Shown piece by piece: positions 1 to 10,699 of a stretch of 64,000 bases of DNA (its first letter is position 1; every line of letters starts with the position of its first letter). The DNA comes from a virus. The DNA lies in IMG/VR virus record IMGVR_UViG_3300036770_005754, positions 7,472 to 71,471 of that record; one strand, 5' to 3'. The notes beneath the pieces were generated by a model. It searched no databases and had not been told where the DNA came from. It worked only from the letters and a program-made list of their open reading frames with translations. The position numbers and the translations under genes are program-made.

Positions 1-1
1 T

Positions 2-268
2 CCCAACATATTACTTTTCTTGCTAGGTGATGGTATATTGTCGGAAAGTGGCTTAAGACTAGATTGTGGATGTGCTATAGTTAATTGTGATGGTACAGAT
101 AGTTCTGAAACCATTTGTGCATTGAGTCATTTTATAGACCAAGATGGCGAGTTAGATTGGAATCCCGATCACATTGATATATTATCACGCATGAAGCTTG
201 AGGAAACACATGGGATTCGTTCGATGTGTCTAGACGGTTCTATCGGTTCGTTATTGGAATTAGTATGA
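2..268 (+). CDS. Hypothetical protein, 5'-truncated by the window edge
   Basis: Frame is open from position 2 (CCC AAC ATA TTA...) to TGA at 266-268; no recognisable motif. Confidence 0.45.
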   Translation, partial: PNILLFLLGDGILSESGLRLDCGCAIVNCDGTDSSETICALSHFIDQDGELDWNPDHIDILSRMKLEETHGIRSMCLDGSIGSLLELV

Positions 269-645
269 TTGATACTATGTGATTCTTAGTAGTATATTGC
301 AAGCTATTCAACGGACATATCTGTTGATTTGAAACGCCGCCATGTATGCATTAGGCTTTCTGTGTATGCCTCACCGAGCACAGACTGTTCAAGCCATTCG
401 ATGATACGTTCACATATGTCATAGTAATGTTGCGATGGTATTGGACAATTGAGAGTCACATTATTTCCGTATTGGTCTGTGAGGAGTATATTTTTACCGA
501 CTATTCTGCCTCTGATGACGCTGCTTGCTTCCTCTCGTACGCGCTACTCGTTTTATAGAGGTCATTTTAGTACCTTAGTTAAAAGCCCGGCGATCTTTGA
601 TATTTTTGACGTCGCGATCGATATATAATATTTTGTGGGGGATAT

Positions 646-2322
646 ATGATTGATTATTCTTTAGCCGTAGTAACTGCATGCACTCCTGATTTCTTGACCG
701 ATTTCAATCTTTTTAGTGCATCCCTGCGGAGGTTTAGTAGTGTCAAATTAATTTTAATCTTGCTAGACTTCGACAATACTCCAAAATTGCCAAACAATAT
801 ATCTGCTGTTCACATGTCCAAAGAAGAGCAGAAAACTGCCACAGACATGTTTGGTGATAGGTGGGTACAATGGTATAAACCACACCTGATTCAAATGGCC
901 ATCGATCACTTCGGAATAAATGTAGTACTATGGTTAGATTGCGATATCATAATTGTTGATGATCCACATGAGATGTTTGACAAAGCTGTTGAAGATTTCT
1001 TTGTGGTTGGTGACTATTTTGCGCCTGCCTCATGTCTAAATGATAATTCGCTGTACGAAGAATTCACTCCGCATCGCGAATTTTCTGCGGAAGAGAACGA
1101 ATTAGCATTGAACTCCGGCGTGGTGGGCATGATGCTCCCACGTGATCAATTTATACTCGACATGTGGAAAAACAAAGTTGAGGTTGTGTCAGAAAGGCCT
1201 AACTTAGCCGATAAAGTCAAACTATACGATCAGGGTGCATTATTATGGGCAATGCGTGATTTGGATATTCTTGATAAAATTGTCCAAGAACCAAGATTCA
1301 ACCATAATCCGAAACGTAATGCTTATGACGTTGACAAACAATTTGAATGGCCATATGGACCAACACATATGGGTGGCGACATTATAGATCAAGTAGCTTA
1401 CGACAATCGTGGTGTTGTTGTCGCACACTTCGCTGGTCTACCTAAACTATCAGACCTAATCAAAATAGACAGTCAACCAGCCAAGCAATTCAGGTATAAT
1501 AAGCACGGTAAAGATGAGCCAGCACACATATTTGGCGTAGGATTAGAAAGAGCCGGAACGCATACCCTAGCAGAAATGCTCAGAGGGTCATGTAAATATA
1601 GCTCTTGGATCAGGCATGAATACAATCCTGGGATCTCTAGAGCCGCATTGGCTAAGTGGCGTGGTGAACCTTCTGACGGATCTATAGAAGAGCGTTGTGG
1701 TGTCTATAACAGGATTGATGTCCAATTCATCTCTGAGATCAATCACAGGCTTGGGTTCTTTATCCCAGAGATCAAGAATATGGTTAGAAATTCTAAATTT
1801 ATATTGCAACTCAGGAATCCATTTGAATTAGTTAAATCTAGGTTGCGTAATTTTTCATACTTGGATAGTCGAATTAGTAAGTTTCCGATATGTTATCAGT
1901 TCGACTCTTATAGTTTGCATAGAGAATTTCATAATGGCTCTTATGAACAAAATATTTTTAGGATACACCCTGATCATGAGATGTCTGTGATAGAGATGCA
2001 TGTATGGGAGATTTCCACTACATTAAGATTTATCCTGAAAGATCTGAAGGAATTATGCGACTCTGAATATACTATAATATGGCTGGAAGACATATCCAGA
2101 TCCATCAATAATGTGCGAAGTCTGGTTCCTAAACATTATTTCGATTGGATAAAAATGCGAGAGATATCGGAAACAAAATATGGTATGAGCAGAAAGCCTA
2201 CTGGCAGAACAGCCGAGTGGATCAATATGGAAGTCGAATCACACGCAGAATTTATTTCGGATAGTTTTTTTAATGTTCTTAAAGAGTTCAACATTGATGT
2301 GTATGGCAGGGAATTTATATGA
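646..2322 (+). CDS. Glycosyltransferase (GT8/GT-A like) fused to a C-terminal sulfotransferase domain
   Basis: N-half has LWLDCDII (DxD), LNSGVV, DQGAL, HFAGLPK. C-half has the PAPS-binding loop FGVGLERAGTHTLA and FILQLRNPFELVKS. Confidence 0.8.
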   Translation: MIDYSLAVVTACTPDFLTDFNLFSASLRRFSSVKLILILLDFDNTPKLPNNISAVHMSKEEQKTATDMFGDRWVQWYKPHLIQMAIDHFGINVVLWLDCDIIIVDDPHEMFDKAVEDFFVVGDYFAPASCLNDNSLYEEFTPHREFSAEENELALNSGVVGMMLPRDQFILDMWKNKVEVVSERPNLADKVKLYDQGALLWAMRDLDILDKIVQEPRFNHNPKRNAYDVDKQFEWPYGPTHMGGDIIDQVAYDNRGVVVAHFAGLPKLSDLIKIDSQPAKQFRYNKHGKDEPAHIFGVGLERAGTHTLAEMLRGSCKYSSWIRHEYNPGISRAALAKWRGEPSDGSIEERCGVYNRIDVQFISEINHRLGFFIPEIKNMVRNSKFILQLRNPFELVKSRLRNFSYLDSRISKFPICYQFDSYSLHREFHNGSYEQNIFRIHPDHEMSVIEMHVWEISTTLRFILKDLKELCDSEYTIIWLEDISRSINNVRSLVPKHYFDWIKMREISETKYGMSRKPTGRTAEWINMEVESHAEFISDSFFNVLKEFNIDVYGREFI

Positions 2323-3005
2323 TGTTGCAAAATAAGCCCCTATTGGTTATGTCTGTTTTCGGTGGTTCTGATTCACAGAAGTGGTTTAATATACAAAGGG
2401 AGGCTTTGGACGATACTACAGAAAATTTTGAGCACGCGATATATCTTAATAACATCCAAGAAGAATTTCAGCATTGTACGATCGTCGGGTCCACTGCCTC
2501 ATCAAAAGATGGTAAGACACAACATTTTGAAGGATTGTTGAAATTATTAGAATACGCTAGATCTGGTGATTATCGTGCTTGGTTGGTACTGGATTGTGAT
2601 TGCTTTCCAATAACGAGAGATTGGGAATCTAAACTTAGTGGTAGGAATGCTAGCATCATTAGAGTTGAAAACTTGGACGTTTTCCCGCACCCATCGGCCG
2701 TTTATTGTGTCGACCGAGAGTTAGATTTTAAGATTAGTAAACATAGAAATTTGGCTGGCGATGAATTTGATGAATTAGCGGCTGTTGGTTCATTCTTCCC
2801 ATTAATGCGAACGAACCGTGTGAATCTGCATCCTTTGAGATATGGTATATATTATGATTTATTTTATCACCACTGTGCTGGAACGAGAATTTTTGAGACT
2901 AGAAGCGACAATTATTATTCTGGTCTGAGGTACGCAAGTGAACATGATTCAGAATTGTTCAAAGGTCGATTGAATTTCATCAGCAAGTTACTTTGCTACG
3001 ACTGA
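2319..3005 (+). CDS. Putative glycosyltransferase (DxD motif)
   Basis: WLVLDCDCFPI; overlaps the upstream stop codon (ATGA). Confidence 0.55.
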   Translation: MMLQNKPLLVMSVFGGSDSQKWFNIQREALDDTTENFEHAIYLNNIQEEFQHCTIVGSTASSKDGKTQHFEGLLKLLEYARSGDYRAWLVLDCDCFPITRDWESKLSGRNASIIRVENLDVFPHPSAVYCVDRELDFKISKHRNLAGDEFDELAAVGSFFPLMRTNRVNLHPLRYGIYYDLFYHHCAGTRIFETRSDNYYSGLRYASEHDSELFKGRLNFISKLLCYD

Positions 3006-3136
3006 CATACTAACAGATTGAACTATCGTGGTATGTATTATAAATCGAGATTTGTCGATGTGAATGTCAATGAATTGACTTTGGATTTTTCAACAGTATG
3101 AAAATAACGAACATTGAAAATAACGATTGAGATACT

Positions 3137-3799
3137 ATGCTTTGTTTAAATAAATGTATAATAGTTTTGGGTATACCACGCAGTGGTACTAGTTTAGTTG
3201 CTGGGATACTACATAGATTAAATGTTAATATGGGAAACCAACTTTTAAATGCTGGACCATCGAATCCAAAAGGATTTTATGAAGATTTAGAATTCTTAAA
3301 GTTGCATCAATTGATGATAGGTAATGTCTGGCATGATCCAGATATGTCTAATATAGATAGATATTTATCTGAATATGAATTATTGATAAGAAAGAAAGAG
3401 AATCAGTCATTATGGGGGATTAAAGATCCTAGATTATGTTTCTTACTGAAATATCTGCTTAATATTATCAAATGTGACACTAAATTGATTTTAACGGAAA
3501 GGCCTTTACACGAATCTGCTAATAGCATGTTGGCTGATAGATTTATATCAAATCGGCATCATTCTTTTGTAAACAAATTCGAATATGCTATGAAAGTGTG
3601 TAATAGATATGAGGCTTCCAAGTATGATTTGGTCCAAAAATCAAGACTACCATTTATCACAGTTAAATTTCACGATCTATTTGACGATACATCACGTGAG
3701 ATAAATAAAATTTGTGAATTTGTTGGATTAGATTGTGATGCACATGATCAAATTGATTTCGTTGACAGCAGCTTGAGACATTTTCATGATAAGACATAA
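3137..3799 (+). CDS. Sulfotransferase family protein
   Basis: IIVLGIPRSGTSLVAGIL (5'-PSB loop), NPKGFYED, WGIKDPR. Confidence 0.9.
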   Translation: MLCLNKCIIVLGIPRSGTSLVAGILHRLNVNMGNQLLNAGPSNPKGFYEDLEFLKLHQLMIGNVWHDPDMSNIDRYLSEYELLIRKKENQSLWGIKDPRLCFLLKYLLNIIKCDTKLILTERPLHESANSMLADRFISNRHHSFVNKFEYAMKVCNRYEASKYDLVQKSRLPFITVKFHDLFDDTSREINKICEFVGLDCDAHDQIDFVDSSLRHFHDKT

Positions 3800-4565
3800 A
3801 GCGATTGTTGGGCTGATGCTGATTAAGGATGAACAAGATGTTCTTGAGGAAACTTTGTCTAATCATTTGAAATTTTGTGATATGATATTTGTTCTCGATG
3901 GGACGATAGGTACCGATAGAGATATATCATATTCAATATGTAGAGACAAAGTTTATGGATATTGGACCGATGAAGAAGTTGGCCGCACCATACGCGATGG
4001 TTCTAGACAATTTCTTTTGGATAAAGCTCGTGATGTGGTTGGTTCTAACAATTGGTATGTTGTTTTGCATGGTGACGAGATATGGGGTTCCGATCCGCGT
4101 CCTTTAATGATGGATGAACACGAAATAGCTTATGCGGTTAAGTTTTATCATTTTTTCCCGCACATTTCACAGAGGTCTTGTTGGGAATTTGGTAAGAAGT
4201 CAATAGAAAAATGTTGTGAATGGTATATGGTGCCGCCGACACCAGAGGTGCGTATTTTCTTTGATGCTGGATTAAATTATGATTATAGCAAACACTCTAG
4301 GACTGTGCCAATTGGATTGCGGGTCGAGCAATCAGACTTGATCGTAAAATCGTATAATTATAGAAGCCCAGAGCAAGCACATCGTAGAGCGGTCGATAGG
4401 AAAATTACAGGTTGGCAAACCAACCATTATGCACATCTACTAGATAGTGCTGATGGTTTTTTTGTTTCATCATTAGCCGAAAATAATATGAAGTGGAATG
4501 GTTGGTTGAGTCCGGGTGAAGGTGATACTACTAACACAAAGATTAATCCGTTACCTATAATATGA
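3786..4565 (+). CDS. Glycosyltransferase family 2-like protein
   Basis: LMLIKDEQDVLEETLSNHL...IFVLDG and WYVVLHGDEIW. Confidence 0.75.
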   Translation: MIRHKAIVGLMLIKDEQDVLEETLSNHLKFCDMIFVLDGTIGTDRDISYSICRDKVYGYWTDEEVGRTIRDGSRQFLLDKARDVVGSNNWYVVLHGDEIWGSDPRPLMMDEHEIAYAVKFYHFFPHISQRSCWEFGKKSIEKCCEWYMVPPTPEVRIFFDAGLNYDYSKHSRTVPIGLRVEQSDLIVKSYNYRSPEQAHRRAVDRKITGWQTNHYAHLLDSADGFFVSSLAENNMKWNGWLSPGEGDTTNTKINPLPII

Positions 4566-5218
4566 CTATGCCAAAAATAATATTGGTCACTGGTGGCACG
4601 ATGGGCATTGGTGCAGCACTCGTCGATGAACTACGTAAAGATAATCATACAGTTATCACCTGTGCTCGTACGCCAACCAATGATAGCATTAGATGTGATG
4701 TTTCTGACGCGAACGATGTTAAAGAAATGTTCCGTGAGATATATGCGAAATATGGCAGACTAGATGTTCTCATAAACAATGCTGCAATATATAGTCGTGG
4801 ACCGGTGGCGACTATGGACCCGGTAGAATGGCGTAATATTATTGACATTAATTTAAATGGTGTCTTCAATTGTTGTCATTATGCCATACCAATTATGATT
4901 AAAAACAATTATGGTAGGATCGTTAATTTAGTTTCATATACTATGTATTATTTGCCACCTGAAAGGTCGGCCTATTCAGCATCAAAAATCGCCGTGGCTG
5001 CATTAACTACTACATTATCTAAAGAAATCCTAGGCTATAATATTAAGGTCAATTGCATCTGCCCTGGTTCATGCAGGACACGAATGGATTTAGACAATAA
5101 ATCAATTAGAGAACCACAGATGGCTGTGAATGATATAATAGATCTAACACGATTGCCTGATGATGGTCCGTCTGGCTTGACATTTAAGGATGGGAAGGTA
5201 TGGCAGATATTCTCATAA
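4562..5218 (+). CDS. Short-chain dehydrogenase/reductase (SDR)
   Basis: TGGTMGIG Rossmann motif, LINNAAI, catalytic YSASK. Confidence 0.92.
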   Translation: MTMPKIILVTGGTMGIGAALVDELRKDNHTVITCARTPTNDSIRCDVSDANDVKEMFREIYAKYGRLDVLINNAAIYSRGPVATMDPVEWRNIIDINLNGVFNCCHYAIPIMIKNNYGRIVNLVSYTMYYLPPERSAYSASKIAVAALTTTLSKEILGYNIKVNCICPGSCRTRMDLDNKSIREPQMAVNDIIDLTRLPDDGPSGLTFKDGKVWQIFS

Positions 5219-6180
5219 TCGGCGCTGGTTGGTATGGTTGTCATTTAGCAAAAACTCTTTCTGAGGATCTTGATGTCATAATTTGTGATAACAATGGTGT
5301 ATTTAGTGGTGCGTCCGGAAAAAATCAGAATAGATTACACTTGGGTTTCCACTATCCAAGGTCTCATGTGACACGCCGACAGTCTAAAGACGGATTCTAC
5401 AGATTCATAGATAGGTATAGTTCATTGTCGGAAGAAATAGATTGTTGGTATTCAATAAAGACTGATGATTCGTTGATTGATTTTGACACATATAAATCCA
5501 TAATGTCATCATCTGGACTGGATTTCACCGAAGAATATCTGAATATAAAATTATCAGGAATATCTGGCAGTTTGAAATGTCACGAACACCTTATTAAGAC
5601 TGATAAAGCTAGAAAATATTTCGAATCAGAACTTAGTCGACTTCTGATTATATCTGACAATACTAGTATAACAGACGCAAAAATGATGATTGATTGCACT
5701 GGTGGAAGGCTGTCAAATAATCATAAATATATCTATGAATTATGCGTAATGCTAAGATATACTGGGCCTTCAGACCATCCGTCAATCACGATAATGGATG
5801 GGCCATTTTTTACGATACACCCAACAGAGTATGATTCAATATTTACTGTATACTCAGTTATGTATACACCAGTCTCATCACACAAATCTTATGACCTGGC
5901 GTACGGATCAATGATTACATTAAATAAAAGCGATGTTGATGCAATAAAGAACAGAATAGAAAATCAGATTGTAGAGACATATCCCGGTTTTAAGGATTCG
6001 TTTGTTTTTGAGGATGCATATACGGTTATACGCAATAAATCATTAAACAAAAGTGATCGGAGATGTTGTGAAGTAACTATGTGTGGTAATTCGATAATCG
6101 TGATGCCGGGAAAGATAGATAACATATTTTACGCAGAGGATCAAATTAGAAATTTTTTGAAGTTTCGCCACATTCTGTGA
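5200..6180 (+). CDS. FAD-dependent oxidoreductase (DAO-like)
   Basis: ILIIGAGWYG dinucleotide-binding motif; ASGKNQNRLHLGFHYPRS. Confidence 0.85.
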   Translation: MADILIIGAGWYGCHLAKTLSEDLDVIICDNNGVFSGASGKNQNRLHLGFHYPRSHVTRRQSKDGFYRFIDRYSSLSEEIDCWYSIKTDDSLIDFDTYKSIMSSSGLDFTEEYLNIKLSGISGSLKCHEHLIKTDKARKYFESELSRLLIISDNTSITDAKMMIDCTGGRLSNNHKYIYELCVMLRYTGPSDHPSITIMDGPFFTIHPTEYDSIFTVYSVMYTPVSSHKSYDLAYGSMITLNKSDVDAIKNRIENQIVETYPGFKDSFVFEDAYTVIRNKSLNKSDRRCCEVTMCGNSIIVMPGKIDNIFYAEDQIRNFLKFRHIL

Positions 6181-6887
6181 TCGTCTCTATTTATTCCCAC
6201 AAAATGTATCCCATCAACGTTTGATATATCGTCTATTGGCTCATCTTTTGCATGGAATATTGGTATATCGCGTAATTTAAAGATTTTTAAAACACTATTG
6301 TCGTTCAATATATTGCCTATAAGCCCTTGAATGTCCTCATGAATCCAAATTCCATTAGTTATTGGGCATAATACACCGTCCTTGAAGTTAACATTCTGTA
6401 CATATTTCTCGAACAATTCGTTGATATTGATAGACGGTGGTACACCGATGACTCCAGAATTAACCATACTTGGATATTTATTTTTGAAATCCACAAATCT
6501 ACCATATACTCTGGGAAAATTATTTGACTCAGCCATAATCGATATATCGTTCGAATCTAAAAATTTCTCTATCAATTTACTACGCCTCAATAATATCAAA
6601 TCGTTATCCAATGTCAATTCATGAGAATACGGCCTGATTGCTGGTGGTGTTAATTTCCATATCGGCCCCACGGGTGCAGGACAATTGTATCGTGTTAATT
6701 CATTTGGGTTTTGTCTATATATTTCGACATCATCTATTTCAATATTAAGTGATTGATCATTAATACATATCATCATATCGAATGTCTTGCCATACAATTC
6801 ACGAATTTTATTAATAGATGCAATCAGAACTTCTATGCTCGATGGCGTCGTTTTACCGCCGATATGCCACTTAACTAAAGGTTTCAT
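6141..6887 (-). CDS. Putative GT-A glycosyltransferase
   Basis: LTLDNDLILL (DxD), VNSGVIG, C-terminal IHFVG. Confidence 0.6.
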   Translation of the reverse strand: MKPLVKWHIGGKTTPSSIEVLIASINKIRELYGKTFDMMICINDQSLNIEIDDVEIYRQNPNELTRYNCPAPVGPIWKLTPPAIRPYSHELTLDNDLILLRRSKLIEKFLDSNDISIMAESNNFPRVYGRFVDFKNKYPSMVNSGVIGVPPSININELFEKYVQNVNFKDGVLCPITNGIWIHEDIQGLIGNILNDNSVLKIFKLRDIPIFHAKDEPIDDISNVDGIHFVGINRDDHRMWRNFKKFLI

Positions 6888-7618
6888 AAATACTTCTTCA
6901 CTAATTGGTCGTAAATACTTCCATCATTCCCAACCATACCCATCGTTGATCTGTTCCATAAGTGGATGGCATATGCCCATTCTGGGATCTTTACATCTGT
7001 TCTTAAGTATTGTAATTCTATACCAGATTGGCCTGGCGGAAAAGGAGCAAAAATATTTTCATTCGTTTTATAGTTTAGTAAATTGTTTTTTATTATATGC
7101 TCGGTGAAGAGCATCGGCCCCCAAGTTCCCCATCCAGGATCTACACCGTGTTGGGCATCATCAGAAATTGCATCAAGTATCGAATTCGTGAGAATACTAT
7201 TTTTTGGTGCTTTGAAAACTCCATTTATTATGCGTAACCCAAGTTTTTTCTGCATATGTGGTTTGTCGAAATATGACCCGCAAAAAACATACGGTTCAAC
7301 AAATCTAAAAGGTTTCAAACAAATCGTATCTGCATCACACCACCATCCGCCATATTTGTTTATTAAAACGTATCTGAAATAGCAGGCAAACGTTGGTAAT
7401 TTATGTTTCCGTTGGTCTGAATCATCGTTGAACCATAAGTTGTATACCTCCTCTGAGATTATATCACGAGCGTCACATATTTCTATATCACGGCCAATAT
7501 TTAAATTATCATATGTCCATAACCTATATCTATGTCCATTATTCAAGAATGATGCTATAGATAGATGACATGATTGATTTAAATCACCAGACCACCAACA
7601 ATTTATGACGTCATCCAT
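6884..7618 (-). CDS. Glycosyltransferase, GT32/DxD sugar-binding family
   Basis: FRYVLINKYGGWWCDADTICLKPF; WGTWGP; AIHLWN. Confidence 0.85.
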   Translation of the reverse strand: MDDVINCWWSGDLNQSCHLSIASFLNNGHRYRLWTYDNLNIGRDIEICDARDIISEEVYNLWFNDDSDQRKHKLPTFACYFRYVLINKYGGWWCDADTICLKPFRFVEPYVFCGSYFDKPHMQKKLGLRIINGVFKAPKNSILTNSILDAISDDAQHGVDPGWGTWGPMLFTEHIIKNNLLNYKTNENIFAPFPPGQSGIELQYLRTDVKIPEWAYAIHLWNRSTMGMVGNDGSIYDQLVKKYL

Positions 7619-7916
7619 TTGTGTTCAGTCTGTGTAACACAGGCAATTTTTCACCACCGATTGACCACTTTTTCCATCTTGTGCCATCAGATGTTGTTGG
7701 CTTATTAACAAGTTACGCATATATTTACCACCGCCGCCATCTATAGACCAAGCACAATATACCATCGGGTGAATTTGTTTCACCGAGAATCACATTACAC
7801 AATTATTTATATATATGGTTTAAGACACTCTATTGCCCAACGATTGACTTCCCGCACGAAAACATTACTCGAAGATAATATAGGTGGTAAGGTGCGAGTA
7901 CCTATTCCTACGAATA

Positions 7917-8780
7917 TCATTTCGACTTTAATACATAATCTATGAAAGTCATTGGCAATACCTTCGACTGCCAATCTGCATTTCCGTTCAATCTCTTCTC
8001 AAAAGCTGCAATTAGTGGTTCAGATGTGAAAATTGGGTCGATTGGTATTTCAGACTTATCTATATTAACTAGTGTAAATCCAGCTTTATCAAAAATTCTA
8101 TCATATTCAATTAATGGCCTAGTAATCTTCCTGACTTTGACAGTAGCAAGCCTATTATACTCTTCATCAGACAATAGAATGTGGGCGAACGCCTTATTGA
8201 CAGTTTCATACAAATGCCCACCATGTTTAGAAGTCCAAGGATGGCATCTAACCTTAATAACAGTATCGGACGTAGAACACTTTTTTACCACAGACATGGC
8301 TTCAACAGCCTCTTCATGCGTCATGATATGATCAATCACATCATATACTCCGATGAAATCATATGGACCATTTAAAATTATATCATCTATGTCTGTAGAG
8401 AAATCGACAGTACCAATTTCATGGCTCAAGTTCTGCGGTGATATTAGCTCGTCGGACCACTGTTTTTTGACATCATAACCATAAGCCAATAACCCTAGTT
8501 TGCAAGCTTCAATAGCTACACTACCGTTCCCACACCCAAAATCTAAGAATTTTTTACCACGCATAGATGGTAGACCATATGAGTGGACTATCGATTTTGC
8601 TCTAATAGCGACCTGCTGATCATTTTTGACCACCATTGATTGTGGCACTTCATTTGGCCATTGGTCTGACAGTATTAATCCATCGAAATTGTCTTTCAAT
8701 TCCCCAGATATAGAATATTTTGGTTTCTTAAAATGTGCAGAAACCGACTTCAATTTATCGATATCAAAAGATTCGAACAT
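7917..8780 (-). CDS. Class I SAM-dependent methyltransferase
   Basis: FLDFGCGNG motif I; YDFIGVYDVIDH. Confidence 0.82.
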   Translation of the reverse strand: MFESFDIDKLKSVSAHFKKPKYSISGELKDNFDGLILSDQWPNEVPQSMVVKNDQQVAIRAKSIVHSYGLPSMRGKKFLDFGCGNGSVAIEACKLGLLAYGYDVKKQWSDELISPQNLSHEIGTVDFSTDIDDIILNGPYDFIGVYDVIDHIMTHEEAVEAMSVVKKCSTSDTVIKVRCHPWTSKHGGHLYETVNKAFAHILLSDEEYNRLATVKVRKITRPLIEYDRIFDKAGFTLVNIDKSEIPIDPIFTSEPLIAAFEKRLNGNADWQSKVLPMTFIDYVLKSK

Positions 8781-8784
8781 CTTC

Positions 8785-9567
8785 TTACCTCCACTGACCT
8801 TTTATGGCTACGACCACATCATGCCCGGTTATTGCTACTGGCGAACCACACCATTCGCCATATCGGATCGGTTCTTTCACCATCAACCTACATTTCATCA
8901 ATTGTCTACGTAGCCCTGATTCAGGTATCGCCACATTGAACAATCGTCTACCTTCATATTCGTGCCATGAATCTGGTGTTCGTAAATCGAATTTAAAAGG
9001 ATGATTTTTCTTATGTTCGATGGCAGCCATAGATGTTTGATTCAACATCAGAAAAGTCGCAAAGAAGATACCATTCGGCTTCAACACTCTAGTCATTTCA
9101 GCGATATAACGGAAAGTCCACGGTGTTTCGAAATGGTTAAATAAAGCAATCGAGATCACTAAATCGAAACTTTGATCAGGATACGGGAATGTGAACTCTC
9201 TTGGATTTATCACTCCATTCGGATTGTATTCTTCATGCCTCACATCGCACATTTTAAAATTGAACTTCTTGTCTCTATATGTTTCTTTACAATAATTCAC
9301 GAAATAATCGTTTACATCGAAGCCATCGTATGATCCACCATCTAGAAATCGACTGAATTGCTTAGCCATCCTGCCAGTACCACAGCCGACATCTAAAATT
9401 TTACGCTTCTTATTCAGTCTAGCATGTTCTATCAACAACTTAAGAAAAGAGTGACCAATAGTATCAAAATATTGGCTATGCGGGTTGATCCCACCCAGAG
9501 GAGCTTTTATCTCTGGGTCAATACGTATATCGCCCAACAAACGATCGTTTTTCGGTTTATCTGTCAT
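8785..9567 (-). CDS. Class I SAM-dependent methyltransferase
   Basis: ILDVGCGTGRMA; FPYPDQSFDLVIS; TRVLKPNG. Confidence 0.9.
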   Translation of the reverse strand: MTDKPKNDRLLGDIRIDPEIKAPLGGINPHSQYFDTIGHSFLKLLIEHARLNKKRKILDVGCGTGRMAKQFSRFLDGGSYDGFDVNDYFVNYCKETYRDKKFNFKMCDVRHEEYNPNGVINPREFTFPYPDQSFDLVISIALFNHFETPWTFRYIAEMTRVLKPNGIFFATFLMLNQTSMAAIEHKKNHPFKFDLRTPDSWHEYEGRRLFNVAIPESGLRRQLMKCRLMVKEPIRYGEWCGSPVAITGHDVVVAIKGQWR

Positions 9568-9905
9568 CTAGGTTGTATGTTTCTCTTTCTAATATCCACC
9601 CAAGTGCCATTTCTCATTTCCTTAATGGCGACTGATGCGGAATGAGCATCACATTCCATCCCGAATTTATTCTCGATATCCGCAAACTGACCCTCCATTA
9701 TTTTCTGGCCAGATACCCATAATGAGCACACTCTTTCATCATCTTGTCTAATTTCAGCATCGAATCTGGCGGTCTTGATGGCTTTGGCCATCATTTTGCC
9801 AAACTGTGTGTCATTGGTAGCCAAGTTGTTAATAGCCTTTATGAATTGATCTCTATTAGCGGCGTTATCAAACGACAGTGTAACACTTTTCATATTATTC
9901 TCCAT
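9564..9905 (-). CDS. Hypothetical protein
   Basis: 113-aa ORF abutting the next gene; TATATAA motif upstream. Confidence 0.6.
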   Translation of the reverse strand: MENNMKSVTLSFDNAANRDQFIKAINNLATNDTQFGKMMAKAIKTARFDAEIRQDDERVCSLWVSGQKIMEGQFADIENKFGMECDAHSASVAIKEMRNGTWVDIRKRNIQPR

Positions 9906-9991
9906 TTGATTGTCAATCCCTGGAAATTATATACATCGAACTAATTAGAAATGAACAAAGATATTTTAACACATCCACAAGAGGGCCTAAA

Positions 9992-10693
9992 ATGCCAAGA
10001 AGAAAACCAAAACGTCGTAATTCAAGCAATCCGATCAAAAGACAGCCGAAGCCACAAAGGAGCCACGACAGACCACAAATAAAAATCAGGGGTATGACAA
10101 AAAACCAAGACGATTACATCAAAGGAATTAAAGATAATGATATAATATTCTGCACAGGTCCGGCCGGATCAGGAAAAAGTTATATTGCAGCCGGACTAGC
10201 AACAGAATACTTGCTAGGCGGGAAATGCGAACAAGTAATAATAAGTAGACCGTTAGTTTGCACAGGCAAAGAGATAGGATCATTACCGGGTGAATTAACC
10301 GACAAGATCAACCCATACTTAGGTCCTATACAAGATAGTCTCAAAAAATTATTAGGTCAATACTATGGCTTATATATCAATGACAAGAAAATTAGATATG
10401 AGCCACTTGAATTGATGAGAGGTTATACATTCGATAACTCTATAATGATACTCGATGAAGCTCAAAATTGCACCGCTGAACAGATAAAAATGTTCATAAC
10501 TAGAATAGGAAAAGAGTCGAAAGTAATCATCAACGGAGACATAAAACAGACAGATATATCAAAAAGAAGCGGGCTAGAGTTCATAATCGAAAGGGCCAGT
10601 AAAGTTTTAGGTGTTTCAGTAGCAAGATTAACATATGACGACATTCTAAGGAATGACATAATATATAGATTCTTGAGAGCCGTTGAAGAGTAG
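9992..10693 (+). CDS. phoH: PhoH family ATPase
   Basis: GPAGSGKS Walker A, IISRP, GSLPGELTDK, MRGYTF, ILDEAQN, NGDIKQTD. Confidence 0.95.
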   Translation: MPRRKPKRRNSSNPIKRQPKPQRSHDRPQIKIRGMTKNQDDYIKGIKDNDIIFCTGPAGSGKSYIAAGLATEYLLGGKCEQVIISRPLVCTGKEIGSLPGELTDKINPYLGPIQDSLKKLLGQYYGLYINDKKIRYEPLELMRGYTFDNSIMILDEAQNCTAEQIKMFITRIGKESKVIINGDIKQTDISKRSGLEFIIERASKVLGVSVARLTYDDILRNDIIYRFLRAVEE

Positions 10694-10699
10694 TGTATC

